In this document: positions 6,904 to 17,369 of the stretch, piece after piece
Layout of the letters: the number at the start of each line of letters is the position of its first letter
How positions within the stretch are numbered: position 1 is the first letter of the stretch
From: Candidatus Falkowbacteria bacterium
GTDB lineage: Bacteria; Patescibacteriota; Patescibacteriia; UBA11705; JABHMO01
Assembly: GCA_016214755.1 (NCBI GenBank)
Contig: JACRNX010000031.1
Location: forward strand, 18,020 to 82,019
Direction of reading: 5' to 3'
DNA length: 64,000 bases
Program-made: the position numbers and the translations under genes
Notes under the pieces: model-generated
The model's database searches: none
What the model saw: only the letters and a program-made list of their open reading frames with translations
Told to the model about the DNA's origin: nothing

Positions 6904-8549
6904 AATGATGGCGTGAATTTCCAAACATGCGGGCTGATATTAATGAATTTTTCGTTTTTTTCAATAAAAATTTGGAAAGGAAACCCTTGTTGCTGTTTTG
7001 CGCCGATAAAAAAATAGGTGGGGCTTGCAAAGGTTGAATTTATCATTTCCATTTTTGCTTCTTCATCACTGCCCCTCCAAAATTCCATCCAGCTATCATA
7101 TCCCCAAGGGTCTGGTCCCCAGCCAGGTCCATAGCTTTTCCGTCCGCCGAAGCCGTAAATCCAGGGAGTATAAAAGCTATTTGTCGCGATAATGAACGCG
7201 TCGGATTCCGCCGTCATTGATAAACTTTTTATTTCCTGAAGTTCTTCCGGCGGAATTTGCGGTTGTTTTTTCCAGGCCATAGCGCCAACGTTATAAAAAG
7301 CGCACGCAAGAAAAAGGAACATAATAATTTTTATAATTTTATCATTGGCGAAGCGGCTTATCAACAAATATAAAACAGGCGTGGCGAATATAATAATGAA
7401 TAAATCTAAAATAATCATGAAACGCTGTTGATAGATAACGGGGAAAATTACTAAGGGAAGCAAAATAAAAAACGAAACGTAAAGGAAAATAATGAACGAA
7501 CGCGAAACGTTGTCAGTGTTAAACGCCAATTTCCACAAAGACGGTTTAAGAAGTCCATAGACCGTGAAAGGCAATAGAACGATACTGGTAACGCTTAACG
7601 TTGAAACAGATAGAAACGCGCCCTTAAAGCGCACGATTTCCCAAAATGGAAACGTATTATATAATCCTTTGTGTTCAATAATATATTCATTGAAATATTG
7701 CCACAAAAGTGCGCCCTTAAAAACGATAATAATGATTGACAGGCAGGCGCCGATTATAAAAAGTTTAATCAGATAGCTATTGATTTCTTTTTTACGCGCG
7801 AAACAGTAGACGATATTTATCAACGAAAAAACGAAAAAGGACAACGCGAATAAGCCGAAAGTCGGCAAATGAAAAAGAAATCCGGCCGCGCCGGTAAAAA
7901 TAGCCAAAAGCGGATGGCGAAAGAGCAAAGCGATAGTGATTAACAGGAAAGCCGTGGCGATCATTTGTTGCCCTAACATCCACCAATAAGCGTAAAATTG
8001 CAGAGCGGAAATTGAAAACAGAAAAATCGCGATTGCCGCCAGCGCCGAGCTGTCTTTGGTTTTTGTCGAACGAAACAATATGTAAAGTCCGCCAGCGATA
8101 AGCAGTTGCGAAATCACATAAATGAAAGAAATAGCGTGTAGCGGCGAAAGTCCGAATATGTGCAATGGCACTAGATTTAAATAATAAGCGGATGAGGAGA
8201 GGAACGAGGAGTCGTTCACGTAAAAATTACGGAGATAAAATCCCGTGTCATAACCGAGCGGCGCTTCTCCAAACTGATAGAATGGAATTAATCGCGTAAT
8301 CAAAATGAAAATAAATGAGAATAACATCAAATATCCCCAGAGCGCCGTCTGTTTGTTTTCCGTTCGATTTTTATTGTCCGTCCGCCGGAGCAAAAAGTTA
8401 ATCGTAAAGAAAAGCAACAGAAAATACGCGAAGAACAATAGTTGCCTATTCCAAGCGAGTTCGCTCGGCCGTAAAAGCACGCCGATAAACACGTATATTA
8501 TAAACTGCCATTGTTGTCGGATCGCGGTTAGCCATTGGCGCAAACGCAT
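6900..8549 (-). CDS. GT-C fold polytopic membrane glycosyltransferase (STT3/AglB-like architecture, degenerate WWDYG region)
   Basis: About 12 TMs, an acidic loop motif PLGYDTGFY after the N-terminal TMs, and a small soluble C-terminal domain (EELQEIKSLSMTAESDAFIIATNSFYTPWIYGFGGRKS). Confidence 0.6.
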   Translation of the reverse strand: MRLRQWLTAIRQQWQFIIYVFIGVLLRPSELAWNRQLLFFAYFLLLFFTINFLLRRTDNKNRTENKQTALWGYLMLFSFIFILITRLIPFYQFGEAPLGYDTGFYLRNFYVNDSSFLSSSAYYLNLVPLHIFGLSPLHAISFIYVISQLLIAGGLYILFRSTKTKDSSALAAIAIFLFSISALQFYAYWWMLGQQMIATAFLLITIALLFRHPLLAIFTGAAGFLFHLPTFGLFALSFFVFSLINIVYCFARKKEINSYLIKLFIIGACLSIIIIVFKGALLWQYFNEYIIEHKGLYNTFPFWEIVRFKGAFLSVSTLSVTSIVLLPFTVYGLLKPSLWKLAFNTDNVSRSFIIFLYVSFFILLPLVIFPVIYQQRFMIILDLFIIIFATPVLYLLISRFANDKIIKIIMFLFLACAFYNVGAMAWKKQPQIPPEELQEIKSLSMTAESDAFIIATNSFYTPWIYGFGGRKSYGPGWGPDPWGYDSWMEFWRGSDEEAKMEMINSTFASPTYFFIGAKQQQGFPFQIFIEKNEKFINISPHVWKFTPSL

Positions 8550-8562
8550 ATAGTAGAATTTT

Positions 8563-9567
8563 TTAATTTTTCGTCGGCGGATAAACTTGAACCTTCGTGA
8601 TTTTATAAATTAAATACGCAATAAAAAATATTAATAAGAAAACGCCGCCCCAGAAAAAAATCATGTTTTGGCGAAAAAGTGAGACCGCCGTCGCTCCGCC
8701 GAGAATACTTAATAAATCTAATAACAGCACTGGTTTTTTTTCCGATTTTGTGATGACGGCCAGACGATGTGACGTGTGATCTCTTCCGCCCACGCTAATT
8801 TTTTGGTGATTTAATTTCCGCATTACTACAACGAAAGTCATGTCCAACAGCGGGATAAGAAATATAAGTAACGCGACGAATAACATTTTAAGCGGTGTTT
8901 CATTTGTCTGATTAATTGCGCTGATGGCGGCGGTTGCCAAATAAAATCCGATGAAAAGACTGCCAGCGTCGCCCATAAAAATTTTTGCCGGATTAGAATT
9001 GTAAAATAAAAAACCAATCATGGTGGAGAGGAAAATGGCATTGATTATAAAGGGATTTATTTGATTAAAATGAAAGTTTATGATTAGCAGAAATAAACTT
9101 GTGAGCGCGGCGATGCCGGCTGATAGTCCGTCCATGTTATCAATGAGATTAAACGCGTTCGTGATTCCGACAATCCATAAAATCATTATTATCGCGACAA
9201 GCAGAGATATCGGCGCCGAAAAATTAACGCTTAAAATAACAATTATCGCCGCGATTAATATTTGACCGATAAGCTTCGCCCGAGCGCTTATTTTAAATAA
9301 ATCATCAACCAGGCCTAACAAAAAAATTAATGCCAAGCAAAATAATAACGCCTTATTTTGTCCCGTCTGAAGCGCGAAAATGAAGCTTGGAACGATGAAG
9401 GCGATAAAAATTCCAAGCCCGCCCAACAGCGCGGTTTCTTTTTGATGCCATCGGTCAATTCGCGGTTTCGCCGTGAACCCGCTCTTGACCGTCATTTTTA
9501 TGATAACCGGCGTTAAAATCATTATTAACGCGAATGCCAGCGCTGAATAATAAATAGCATTCAACAT
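8563..9567 (-). CDS. polyprenyl-phosphate HexNAc-1-phosphate transferase (WecA/TagO/MraY family)
   Basis: Motifs LLGGLGI, GLVDD, NAFNLIDNMDGL, PAKIFMGDAGS and GRDHTSHRL. Confidence 0.92.
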   Translation of the reverse strand: MLNAIYYSALAFALIMILTPVIIKMTVKSGFTAKPRIDRWHQKETALLGGLGIFIAFIVPSFIFALQTGQNKALLFCLALIFLLGLVDDLFKISARAKLIGQILIAAIIVILSVNFSAPISLLVAIIMILWIVGITNAFNLIDNMDGLSAGIAALTSLFLLIINFHFNQINPFIINAIFLSTMIGFLFYNSNPAKIFMGDAGSLFIGFYLATAAISAINQTNETPLKMLFVALLIFLIPLLDMTFVVVMRKLNHQKISVGGRDHTSHRLAVITKSEKKPVLLLDLLSILGGATAVSLFRQNMIFFWGGVFLLIFFIAYLIYKITKVQVYPPTKN

Positions 9568-9580
9568 AATAGCTGATGCT

Positions 9581-10540
9581 TTAAGTTATCTGGGATTCTA
9601 TCAACTTATTTATTATATCATTGATTTTCATTGTTGGGGCATAACCAATCGCCGACGCGATTTTCTCGATTGATGGCAGTCGTCGCGCCATATCCTCATA
9701 TCCTTCCGCGTAAGCGTTTTGATATGGAATAAACACGATTTTAGAACTGCAGCCGGTCGCCTTGATCACGCGTTCAGCCAATTCTTTAATGCTAATTTCT
9801 TCTTGACTGCCGATATTATAAACATTGCCGACAGCCATTGGACAATTTATTAATTCAATTAACGCGTTCACGACGTCTTTAACGTAAGTGAAACAGCGCG
9901 TCTGCGTTCCGTCGCCGTAAATCGTAATGTCTTCGTTATTTAAAGCTTGCTTGATAAATCTGGGCAGAACCATGCCGTAGGCGCCGGTTTGGCGCGGACC
10001 GACGGTATTGAATAATCTGACTATTATTGTCGGAATTTTTTTTTCTTTCCAATACAAATACGCCATCACCTCGTCAACGGCCTTGGCGGTCGAATAACTC
10101 CAACGAATTTTTTGCGGGCAGCCCAGAACTCGGTCGCCATCTTCTTTTAATGGAAAATCTTGGCACTTTCCGTAAATTTCCGAGGTGGAAGTCAATAACA
10201 CTTTTTTGCCGAATTGGTTCGCGCTGTTTAACACGTTTTCAGTGCCGTGAATGTTTGTCTTTAACGATTCAAGCGGTTTCTCCATTATTAAATTAACGCC
10301 GACCGCCGCCGCCAGATGAAAAATAAAATCAGCGTCAGCCACGGCTTCATTTACCAATCTTTCATCAAGCACCGAACCTTGAATGAATTGAAAATCTTTG
10401 TTGTCCCGATGATGGGCGATATTTCGCAATGAACCAGTTGATAAATCGTCCAGCGCGACGATTTGGTTTCCTCTTAAAAGCAATTCATCCGCCAAATGAG
10501 AGCCGATAAAACCAGCTCCGCCGGTAATTAAAAATTTCAT
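9581..10540 (-). CDS. NAD-dependent NDP-sugar epimerase/dehydratase (extended SDR)
   Basis: Motifs TGGAGFIGSH, HLAAAVGV, STSEIYG, YSTAK, RLFNTVGPRQ and YGDGTQTRCF. Confidence 0.92.
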   Translation of the reverse strand: MKFLITGGAGFIGSHLADELLLRGNQIVALDDLSTGSLRNIAHHRDNKDFQFIQGSVLDERLVNEAVADADFIFHLAAAVGVNLIMEKPLESLKTNIHGTENVLNSANQFGKKVLLTSTSEIYGKCQDFPLKEDGDRVLGCPQKIRWSYSTAKAVDEVMAYLYWKEKKIPTIIVRLFNTVGPRQTGAYGMVLPRFIKQALNNEDITIYGDGTQTRCFTYVKDVVNALIELINCPMAVGNVYNIGSQEEISIKELAERVIKATGCSSKIVFIPYQNAYAEGYEDMARRLPSIEKIASAIGYAPTMKINDIINKLIESQIT

Positions 10541-11682
10541 AATTTATAAAATAATGTTTTTTGATTAAATAGCGATTGATAGAGCGACAGCGTTTGTTCG
10601 TTTATCCGGCGCAGATCAAAGTTTTCGCGGATATGTTTGACGCCGCATTCGCCCATTTTTCTTCGCCGCTCTTTGTCAAACAATTTTATGGTCGCTTCAA
10701 CGAATTGAACGACGCTGTTTGGCGGGAACAGGAAACCAGAACAATTATCGGAAACGACTTCGTCTAATGGCGCGATTTTGCTGGAAATAACCGGAATACC
10801 GCAGGCTTGCGCTTCGGCGAAAACCACGCCAAAACCCTCTCGCCATGTCGGTAAAAAGAAAATATCAAACGCTTGCAAATATGGCAATACGTCGTTTATG
10901 TATCCAAGCAGATGAATTTTTTCATTCAGTCCGCGCGCGGTTATCATTTTTTCAAATTTTTCCCGCTGTTCGCCTTCGCCAAGAATCAAAAATTCCACGT
11001 TAAAATTAGTTTTAAGCGCGTCCGCGCATTCAATTATTGTTTCAATCCCCTTGTCGTTGACCAGTCTTGAAATCGCGCCGACGATGATTTTCTCAATCGG
11101 AATGTTGAGACGCCGGCGAAATTCCACTTTCTGCTCGTCGCCGCATGGCTTGAAGCGTTCAAGATCAATTCCCATGTAAATTTGATGAACCTTGCTTTCA
11201 GGCGCGACCTTGAACGATTGACCGTAACGTTTAACTTCCTTACTGTCAACGATTATCGCGTCGCATAGTTTCCCCGCCAGTTTTTCTAAATATAAATAGT
11301 ACTTTTTTTTCCAAAACGATAAAAATGGATGAAACGGCCAGGCGTGGGCGGTATGGATTATAATAGGCACCTTTTCCGTCCAGGCCGCTATGCGGCCGAT
11401 AAATCCAGCTTTCGCGGTTTGAGTGTGGACCAAATCAAAATTTCCATCCTGAATTATTTTTTTTATTTTGAAAAGAGAAATGATGTCTTTGATCGGATTG
11501 ATTCCGCGCGCGATTTCGATTTCATGGCATTTAAAACCTTGTTGCCGCACGAATTCAGCCTGGCTGCCAATCCCCGCGATTGCTTCAACATAAAATCCCC
11601 GATTCCTTATGAATCGCATGAAATCCAAACTAAATTCTTTTATGCTTGACGGAATAGTCGCGATGAAAAGCACTTTTTTCAT
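10537..11682 (-). CDS. glycosyltransferase family 4
   Basis: Motifs VHTQTAKAGFIGR, SRLVNDKG and EGFGVVFAEAQACGIPVI. Confidence 0.93.
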   Translation of the reverse strand: MKKVLFIATIPSSIKEFSLDFMRFIRNRGFYVEAIAGIGSQAEFVRQQGFKCHEIEIARGINPIKDIISLFKIKKIIQDGNFDLVHTQTAKAGFIGRIAAWTEKVPIIIHTAHAWPFHPFLSFWKKKYYLYLEKLAGKLCDAIIVDSKEVKRYGQSFKVAPESKVHQIYMGIDLERFKPCGDEQKVEFRRRLNIPIEKIIVGAISRLVNDKGIETIIECADALKTNFNVEFLILGEGEQREKFEKMITARGLNEKIHLLGYINDVLPYLQAFDIFFLPTWREGFGVVFAEAQACGIPVISSKIAPLDEVVSDNCSGFLFPPNSVVQFVEATIKLFDKERRRKMGECGVKHIRENFDLRRINEQTLSLYQSLFNQKTLFYKL

Positions 11683-12671
11683 ATAATTCCTGCGGACTTC
11701 ATGTAATTTATTGTTTCCGCGATACCGCGTTCGTGGCCAATTTTTTCAATTCCGCTTAATTGAAATTCCGCGTTTTTGGTACCGTAAACGCTTGGACATG
11801 TTAAAATTTTGTACGCGACATATGTTATTGGCGACGGCAATTTCAAATAACGAAATCCGCTGCCAACAATGGAAAGCGGCCAGGCGATTGCTTTCGGTAT
11901 AGTGTGAATCTTATTGCTTAATCCAAGCTGTTTTTGCACTAAAACGCAAAACTCACGCCATTCAATGGGCTCATTGATCGAGAATATTTTGTTGTTTTCC
12001 GAATTTTCAGTTTGGGCAAGGGCAAGAAGAGCGCGAATTACGTCGTGAATGTATATTATATTATAGAATGATTTTTGCTCGCCGACAAAACAAAAGTAGC
12101 CACGTTTAATCGCCTTGACGATTCTGAAAAAATTATTATTTTCTTTGGCGCCAGGGCCGTAAATAATGCTCGGTCTAATTATAACAGCCGGAAATCCCAG
12201 TGAAATTTGGTTTCTAATAAAAATCTCGGCCTCGTATTTTGTCTTTTCGTATTGATTTCGAGGGAGGCAAATTGCTTCTTCGCTAATAACTTTTTCTTTG
12301 TGCCTATTTCCAAAAACGCAAATGCTTGAAAGGAAGATGAATTTTTTTATTTTTGCGGAGTCCTTTAGACGCTCAACGATCTTTTTAGTGCCTATTACAT
12401 TAATTTGCGTCATTAGTTTTTTATTGAAATTTTCCACGGCCAAATGAAAGACATAATCGCTGTTTTGCCCAAAATTATTTAAACTAAAAAGGTCGCCATG
12501 GACAATGGTTGTTCTCGTTTGCCAATTAGAAGGCAACGAAGACATTGATTGGCGGGTAAGAATTTCAACGTTGGTGCCGGCGTCAATAAGAAGTTCCGTC
12601 AAGTGTTTACCGACGAAACCAGTCGCTCCGGTAATGGACACGGTTTTATTTTTAAATATTTGATTTAACAT
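11679..12671 (-). CDS. NAD-dependent NDP-sugar epimerase/reductase (SDR)
   Basis: Motifs TGATGFVG, FLSS, YEKTK and RPSIIYGPG. Confidence 0.88.
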   Translation of the reverse strand: MLNQIFKNKTVSITGATGFVGKHLTELLIDAGTNVEILTRQSMSSLPSNWQTRTTIVHGDLFSLNNFGQNSDYVFHLAVENFNKKLMTQINVIGTKKIVERLKDSAKIKKFIFLSSICVFGNRHKEKVISEEAICLPRNQYEKTKYEAEIFIRNQISLGFPAVIIRPSIIYGPGAKENNNFFRIVKAIKRGYFCFVGEQKSFYNIIYIHDVIRALLALAQTENSENNKIFSINEPIEWREFCVLVQKQLGLSNKIHTIPKAIAWPLSIVGSGFRYLKLPSPITYVAYKILTCPSVYGTKNAEFQLSGIEKIGHERGIAETINYMKSAGII

Positions 12672-13955
12672 TTAAATGATTGAAATGTTTATTGTTTTTT
12701 TCTTTGTTAAAAAAGCGGCGTACGCCAAAAGAACAAAAAATATGAACGACGATTCAAGTTGTGGCGCGCTTGAAGTGCTGATAATATAAGACAAAAAACT
12801 TAATAATAAATAATATGGCAACATCTCTGTTTTGTGTTTTTCGTGGAATCGCCATAGCGACACGAGAAGAGAATAGATTAAACCTAAAAACGCTAGAAAA
12901 CCGAATACGCCGCTTTCAATGTAAAAAGCTATTGCCAACGGCAAATCTGAACGGAGTTCGAATTTTGATATTTGGGACATATGTTTCACCACGGCGCCCG
13001 TTCCGTATCCAAGAATTGGTTTTTTCGCGATGTCTTCCAATGTAATTTTCAACCCATCAACGCGTTTGAAAAATGTGCTTTGTTCGCGCTGGATTTTCGT
13101 TACGCTTTCTGAAAATGTGTATTGCCAAAATCCCGCCGGCACGGCCCGGTTGATTATTATGATGGAAACCAAAATTATTGTGGATGACAGTAAAATGTTT
13201 TTAATTTGCTGGCGGGAGAGTTTTTGCAGAAACAATGATATAACGAAAGAAACAGAAACCGCGATAATCGCCGCTCTGACTTGTGTGGTCAGTAACGCAA
13301 GCGCGACCATGATTGTCTCCATCAATTTATAAACTTTCGCTGATTTTTTTTTCTCGCGCAAAAAATCGTAAAGCACTAGAAAAAAAATAATCGAGAAAAA
13401 GAATCCAAATGATTGAGACCCTCCATACGGTCCCTTGCTGACCATAAGCCCTTCTATACGCCATAATTCAAAGTTCAAATTTAAACTCGGATTCGCCAGC
13501 CAAGCGAACCTGAACTGGTCGTAAATTCCGCGCTGTAAAATAAATTCTATTATGGCGACGATGGCCATGCCAACGCCGAGAAAAGTAATCGTCTTAAAGA
13601 TTTTTCGCCATTCTTCGTCTGTTTTAATTTGGTCGCTTAAAATGAAGAAGATTACATAATAATACAGTAAATATCCAATCCAAACAACGGTTGATTGAAT
13701 TAATTTATCCGCCGCGAAAATTGAAATGAATTGAGCGATGATTAATAACAGTAAAAAATTAGTGATGTTGCCTTTATATAAATGAAAGCATTCTCCATGC
13801 ACTGCTTTTTTTATAAGCCAGCTGAATATAAGGAGAATCATTAAAATTCGAGGCAAATCCAACGTGGGCACGCCGTGTCCGAAATAAAAACCTGTTCCTT
13901 GCGGCAAGAAAGGTATGGCAAATATGCAAAAATATAAAAAATATTTAAAAGACAT
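12672..13955 (-). CDS. O-antigen ligase / Wzy polymerase family membrane protein
   Basis: About 11 TMs with LTTQVRAA, S..KR and PILGYGTG (Wzy_C pattern), inside a Wzx/Wzz locus. Confidence 0.75.
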   Translation of the reverse strand: MSFKYFLYFCIFAIPFLPQGTGFYFGHGVPTLDLPRILMILLIFSWLIKKAVHGECFHLYKGNITNFLLLLIIAQFISIFAADKLIQSTVVWIGYLLYYYVIFFILSDQIKTDEEWRKIFKTITFLGVGMAIVAIIEFILQRGIYDQFRFAWLANPSLNLNFELWRIEGLMVSKGPYGGSQSFGFFFSIIFFLVLYDFLREKKKSAKVYKLMETIMVALALLTTQVRAAIIAVSVSFVISLFLQKLSRQQIKNILLSSTIILVSIIIINRAVPAGFWQYTFSESVTKIQREQSTFFKRVDGLKITLEDIAKKPILGYGTGAVVKHMSQISKFELRSDLPLAIAFYIESGVFGFLAFLGLIYSLLVSLWRFHEKHKTEMLPYYLLLSFLSYIISTSSAPQLESSFIFFVLLAYAAFLTKKKTINISII

Positions 13956-13956
13956 A

Positions 13957-15933
13957 TTATTGTTTCATCAATTTTTCCCAACGCGTCATCGCTTCGTCTA
14001 AATGCCAATACTGCTTGACGAAATACTGAATTTTCTCTCGGTTATTTTGTGACGATTTTAATACCAATTCATTAATTTTCTCTCTTAATTCATCAACGCT
14101 ATATGTTTTCGCATAAAATTCTTCGTGTCCTTTCAGCGGCGACATAAACATCCAAGCGCTTAATACTGGAATCACGACATAACAGCCGAGCGCCAGCGCT
14201 TCCAGCGCCACGGCTGAATCGCCGACTATAAGGATTTTCGCGTTTTGAAGCAATTCATTTATTGGCCTTTGTCTAATGCAAAAATTATTTTCAATGGACT
14301 CGATTTCTAATTTTTTAAAGACGCCATCGAGCGGAAGCGTTGGATGTCCTTTAAACCATATTTTAAATGAATTCGTACCATAAAACGCGCTTTTGACGAG
14401 CGAAATTATTTCTTCTGTCTCCGCGCGGCTGGCTGAAGTCGCGACAACGATTAAGTTATCTTTTGGAGGAAGAATTTGTCTCAACTTTTCATTAAGATAT
14501 AAAAACCGCGTCGCTTCGATTTCTTCCACGCGCGGATAATACGATTGCCTCAATAACGAAGCAGTAATTCCGCCATTGGCCGCGACAACATCATCGACAG
14601 GATAATCATATTTATTTTTTGAAATTTCAACTTGATCGCGGAAATAGAAAAAATAATTCGACGAAACGGAAGTGTGGACATAGCCGATTGTCTCCATCGT
14701 TGGCACGAACATCCGCTTGGCCGCGTTAAGAGCGATTTCCCACGTGTGCATTTCCGCGAAATGCAAGCATTTGCCAGAAAGGGGTAGTCGTTTAAAAGCG
14801 TTGCAAAATAATTCAAGATAGATCAAACTTTCCAATCCCTGCCAACCAACGAAAGAACGGTCGTTCATTTTTTTTATTATCACCGAATAGTCGTTTTGAC
14901 CGAATAACCGCGTGATTTCAGCGTTTAATTTTGTTTTAACCCTTAAATATCTATGTGCCAGCGATGCCCATTGTCGGCAAACGCGCAAAACGCCGGCAAT
15001 AGTTAAAAATTGTTCGAGCAAATAACCATTTTCACCTTTGCTTCGCAGTTGTTTCGCCAGATGAACCGCGTCGCCGTAAGTTCGATTATCAACATAAACG
15101 AACAGCCACAACCAAATAATTTTTTCTTTTATGCTTTTTATCAAGGGTTCGAGTTTCCCCAAAAATTTATTTTCTAATTGTCCATTCTTGACTTTAGCTG
15201 GATCCGCGCACGGAAAATAACTGCAGATTAATAACCCATTATCCTGACTGCCAGCGAATATGGGAATTCGGCCGAGAGCGATTCTTACCTGGATTGCCCG
15301 AATCATCCGGCAGACAAACGTTAAAAAAGCTCTGGCAAAAATTATCGGCAGTCGGTTAGATTGATGCAAGTATCGTTTGATAAGTTTCGATCTTGAAATG
15401 TTTTTCCGCTGTTTACTTTTTAACGCTATGTATTTAATTTTCCGTTGTTGACAAATCGCGCTGATCGCTTGTTTTAATTCCCTATCTTCAACAACGATAC
15501 AGCAATGACTAATATCATAAATGTCAATCGCGCTGGCGATTGCTTCCAGCTGGGCGATCTTAAATAATCCCGAGTTTTTTATCGTATTCTTTTCCGCCAA
15601 TTGCGAGAACCACCAGGCGGAAACATCTCTCCGCGCGATATAAAAATATTGTTTAACATTAACGCCATTGACTATAATTTCACCAGCCGCGCCGATTAAC
15701 TTGGCTATCCTTTCGCGCAGTTTATCAACTTCTCGGTCAATGCTGGCCGCTGTCGGCAGGACTTCCGGATTTATATTGTTTTTTTTAAATAACGCGGATT
15801 TAACAGAGTTAATTATGTCCGGATTCGAAGTCAACGGGAAAAGGAGGCCTTTGCTCTTTGGACAATCCGCTGATTTAATTTTCAATATTGACGACGCGTC
15901 AATCGCATTGTCAAAAATAAATAAATTTTTCAT
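13957..15933 (-). CDS. surface carbohydrate biosynthesis protein, LIC13510/TIGR04326-like (probable GT-B transferase)
   Basis: Motifs SAWWFSQLAEKN, EMHTWEIAL, GYVH, FKGHP and SAVALEALALG. The family name is recalled, not searched. Confidence 0.6.
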   Translation of the reverse strand: MKNLFIFDNAIDASSILKIKSADCPKSKGLLFPLTSNPDIINSVKSALFKKNNINPEVLPTAASIDREVDKLRERIAKLIGAAGEIIVNGVNVKQYFYIARRDVSAWWFSQLAEKNTIKNSGLFKIAQLEAIASAIDIYDISHCCIVVEDRELKQAISAICQQRKIKYIALKSKQRKNISRSKLIKRYLHQSNRLPIIFARAFLTFVCRMIRAIQVRIALGRIPIFAGSQDNGLLICSYFPCADPAKVKNGQLENKFLGKLEPLIKSIKEKIIWLWLFVYVDNRTYGDAVHLAKQLRSKGENGYLLEQFLTIAGVLRVCRQWASLAHRYLRVKTKLNAEITRLFGQNDYSVIIKKMNDRSFVGWQGLESLIYLELFCNAFKRLPLSGKCLHFAEMHTWEIALNAAKRMFVPTMETIGYVHTSVSSNYFFYFRDQVEISKNKYDYPVDDVVAANGGITASLLRQSYYPRVEEIEATRFLYLNEKLRQILPPKDNLIVVATSASRAETEEIISLVKSAFYGTNSFKIWFKGHPTLPLDGVFKKLEIESIENNFCIRQRPINELLQNAKILIVGDSAVALEALALGCYVVIPVLSAWMFMSPLKGHEEFYAKTYSVDELREKINELVLKSSQNNREKIQYFVKQYWHLDEAMTRWEKLMKQ

Positions 15934-16895
15934 CGGGTAAATAGTTTGTTCAATCGGAAACGAAAATATATTTTTTCTAAAAAATTTATAAAATTTTGCG
16001 GAAAAAATGAAATGACATAGGCGAGAAAAAATTTTATGCTCTTCTTGACATGGGGGCGAAGTGTCCGCCTCGCTTCATGACCGCGGCCTTCAAACCACAG
16101 ACCGAGCCCTTGATAATAGATAGCGACGTCTTCCAGCGCCCGCAATTCATCGCTATATTCAAGACCGATTCTAGAGTCAAGATTTTTTAGGATATCGATT
16201 ATCATTTTCGTTTCCGCGGAATAAAGCAAAAATTTTTTATGCGTCATGCTGTTCGGATTTATGCGCCATTTCGTCAGCGGCTCGGGGACGTATCCAGCGG
16301 AAAAATAATAACACAAACGCAACCACAGCTCCCAGTCCTCGCCAACATGGAAAAGCGGATTAAAGATTGAATTCAGCGAGAGCAAATGTTTTTTCCGGCA
16401 CATGGCCGAAGACAAGGTGATAAAATCTTTTTTTAATAAATGCTCAAAAATTCGTCCGCTTGGCGGCGGTTCATCGTTTTCGCGAAAATCAACGACTTCA
16501 TAATTGTTCTGAAATTTTACTGTGTTAGTGTAAACGAGCGCCAGGTTGTCGTCAGTGCTAAAAATTTGCAGCTGCTTTTCAAGCTTTTCAGGCAGCCAAA
16601 TATCGTCGCAATCAAGGAAGGCGATGAATTCGCCTCGCGCTTCGGCGACCGCTTTATTTCTCGCTTCGCCAAGCGGCAAGTTGATCGCGCCATGAAAATA
16701 TCGCAACCGGCTATCGTAATTTTTCGCAATGCCGGCGCTCGCGTCCGTTGACGCGTTATCCCAAAAAATAATTTCCCAGCCGCTGATTGTCTGCCGGTAA
16801 ACCGAATCAATCGCCTCTTTTAAAAATTCGGCGGAATTGTAGCAATTCATTATTACGCTGACTCTTGGCTGTGTCGCTTGTTTGATTGTTTCCAT
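15930..16895 (-). CDS. glycosyltransferase family 2
   Basis: Motifs VSVIMNCYN, DNASTD, FLDCDDIWLPEKLEKQ and EDWELW. Confidence 0.93.
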   Translation of the reverse strand: METIKQATQPRVSVIMNCYNSAEFLKEAIDSVYRQTISGWEIIFWDNASTDASAGIAKNYDSRLRYFHGAINLPLGEARNKAVAEARGEFIAFLDCDDIWLPEKLEKQLQIFSTDDNLALVYTNTVKFQNNYEVVDFRENDEPPPSGRIFEHLLKKDFITLSSAMCRKKHLLSLNSIFNPLFHVGEDWELWLRLCYYFSAGYVPEPLTKWRINPNSMTHKKFLLYSAETKMIIDILKNLDSRIGLEYSDELRALEDVAIYYQGLGLWFEGRGHEARRTLRPHVKKSIKFFLAYVISFFPQNFINFLEKIYFRFRLNKLFTR

Positions 16896-16896
16896 G

Positions 16897-17337
16897 TTAT
16901 TTCCATTGATAAGGAATTATTGAGTTGTTGTTTATTTCCGAGGAAATCGCCTCGGTCGGATCATGGGGTTCGTTAATCAAGCTGGCAATCATGGCTGGAA
17001 ACTCGCTAAGACATTTCCATGAATACCAAACGCCAGCCGGCATTTTGATTAAATTGTAAGCGCTTTCCCCACATCCAATTTCCTGGATTTGGCCTTTAGT
17101 CAACGAATCAACACGATCATCAAAGACAACAAATTTAATCGCTCCGATCGGCACACTGAAAAGTTGCGTCGAGCGCGAATGTTTTTTCCATCCTTTGATA
17201 ACACCTGGGTTGATGAAAGAAAAATAAATTTCGCCAAAACGTTCAAAAAACGGCGTGTTTACGTCAGCCATCTTCATTACTTTGCCGCGATTGTCCGCCA
17301 TGATTCTGAGCGGCGCGATTTCAAGACCTTGAATCAT
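16897..17337 (-). CDS. RmlC-like cupin NDP-4-keto-6-deoxyhexose epimerase
   Basis: Motifs DNRG, GEIYFS, GVIKGWKKH, DDRVDSLT and MPAGVW, directly downstream of rfbG. Confidence 0.8.
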   Translation of the reverse strand: MIQGLEIAPLRIMADNRGKVMKMADVNTPFFERFGEIYFSFINPGVIKGWKKHSRSTQLFSVPIGAIKFVVFDDRVDSLTKGQIQEIGCGESAYNLIKMPAGVWYSWKCLSEFPAMIASLINEPHDPTEAISSEINNNSIIPYQWK

Positions 17338-17369
17338 AAAAAAGTATTTAATTAAAAATCATTGAAAAA

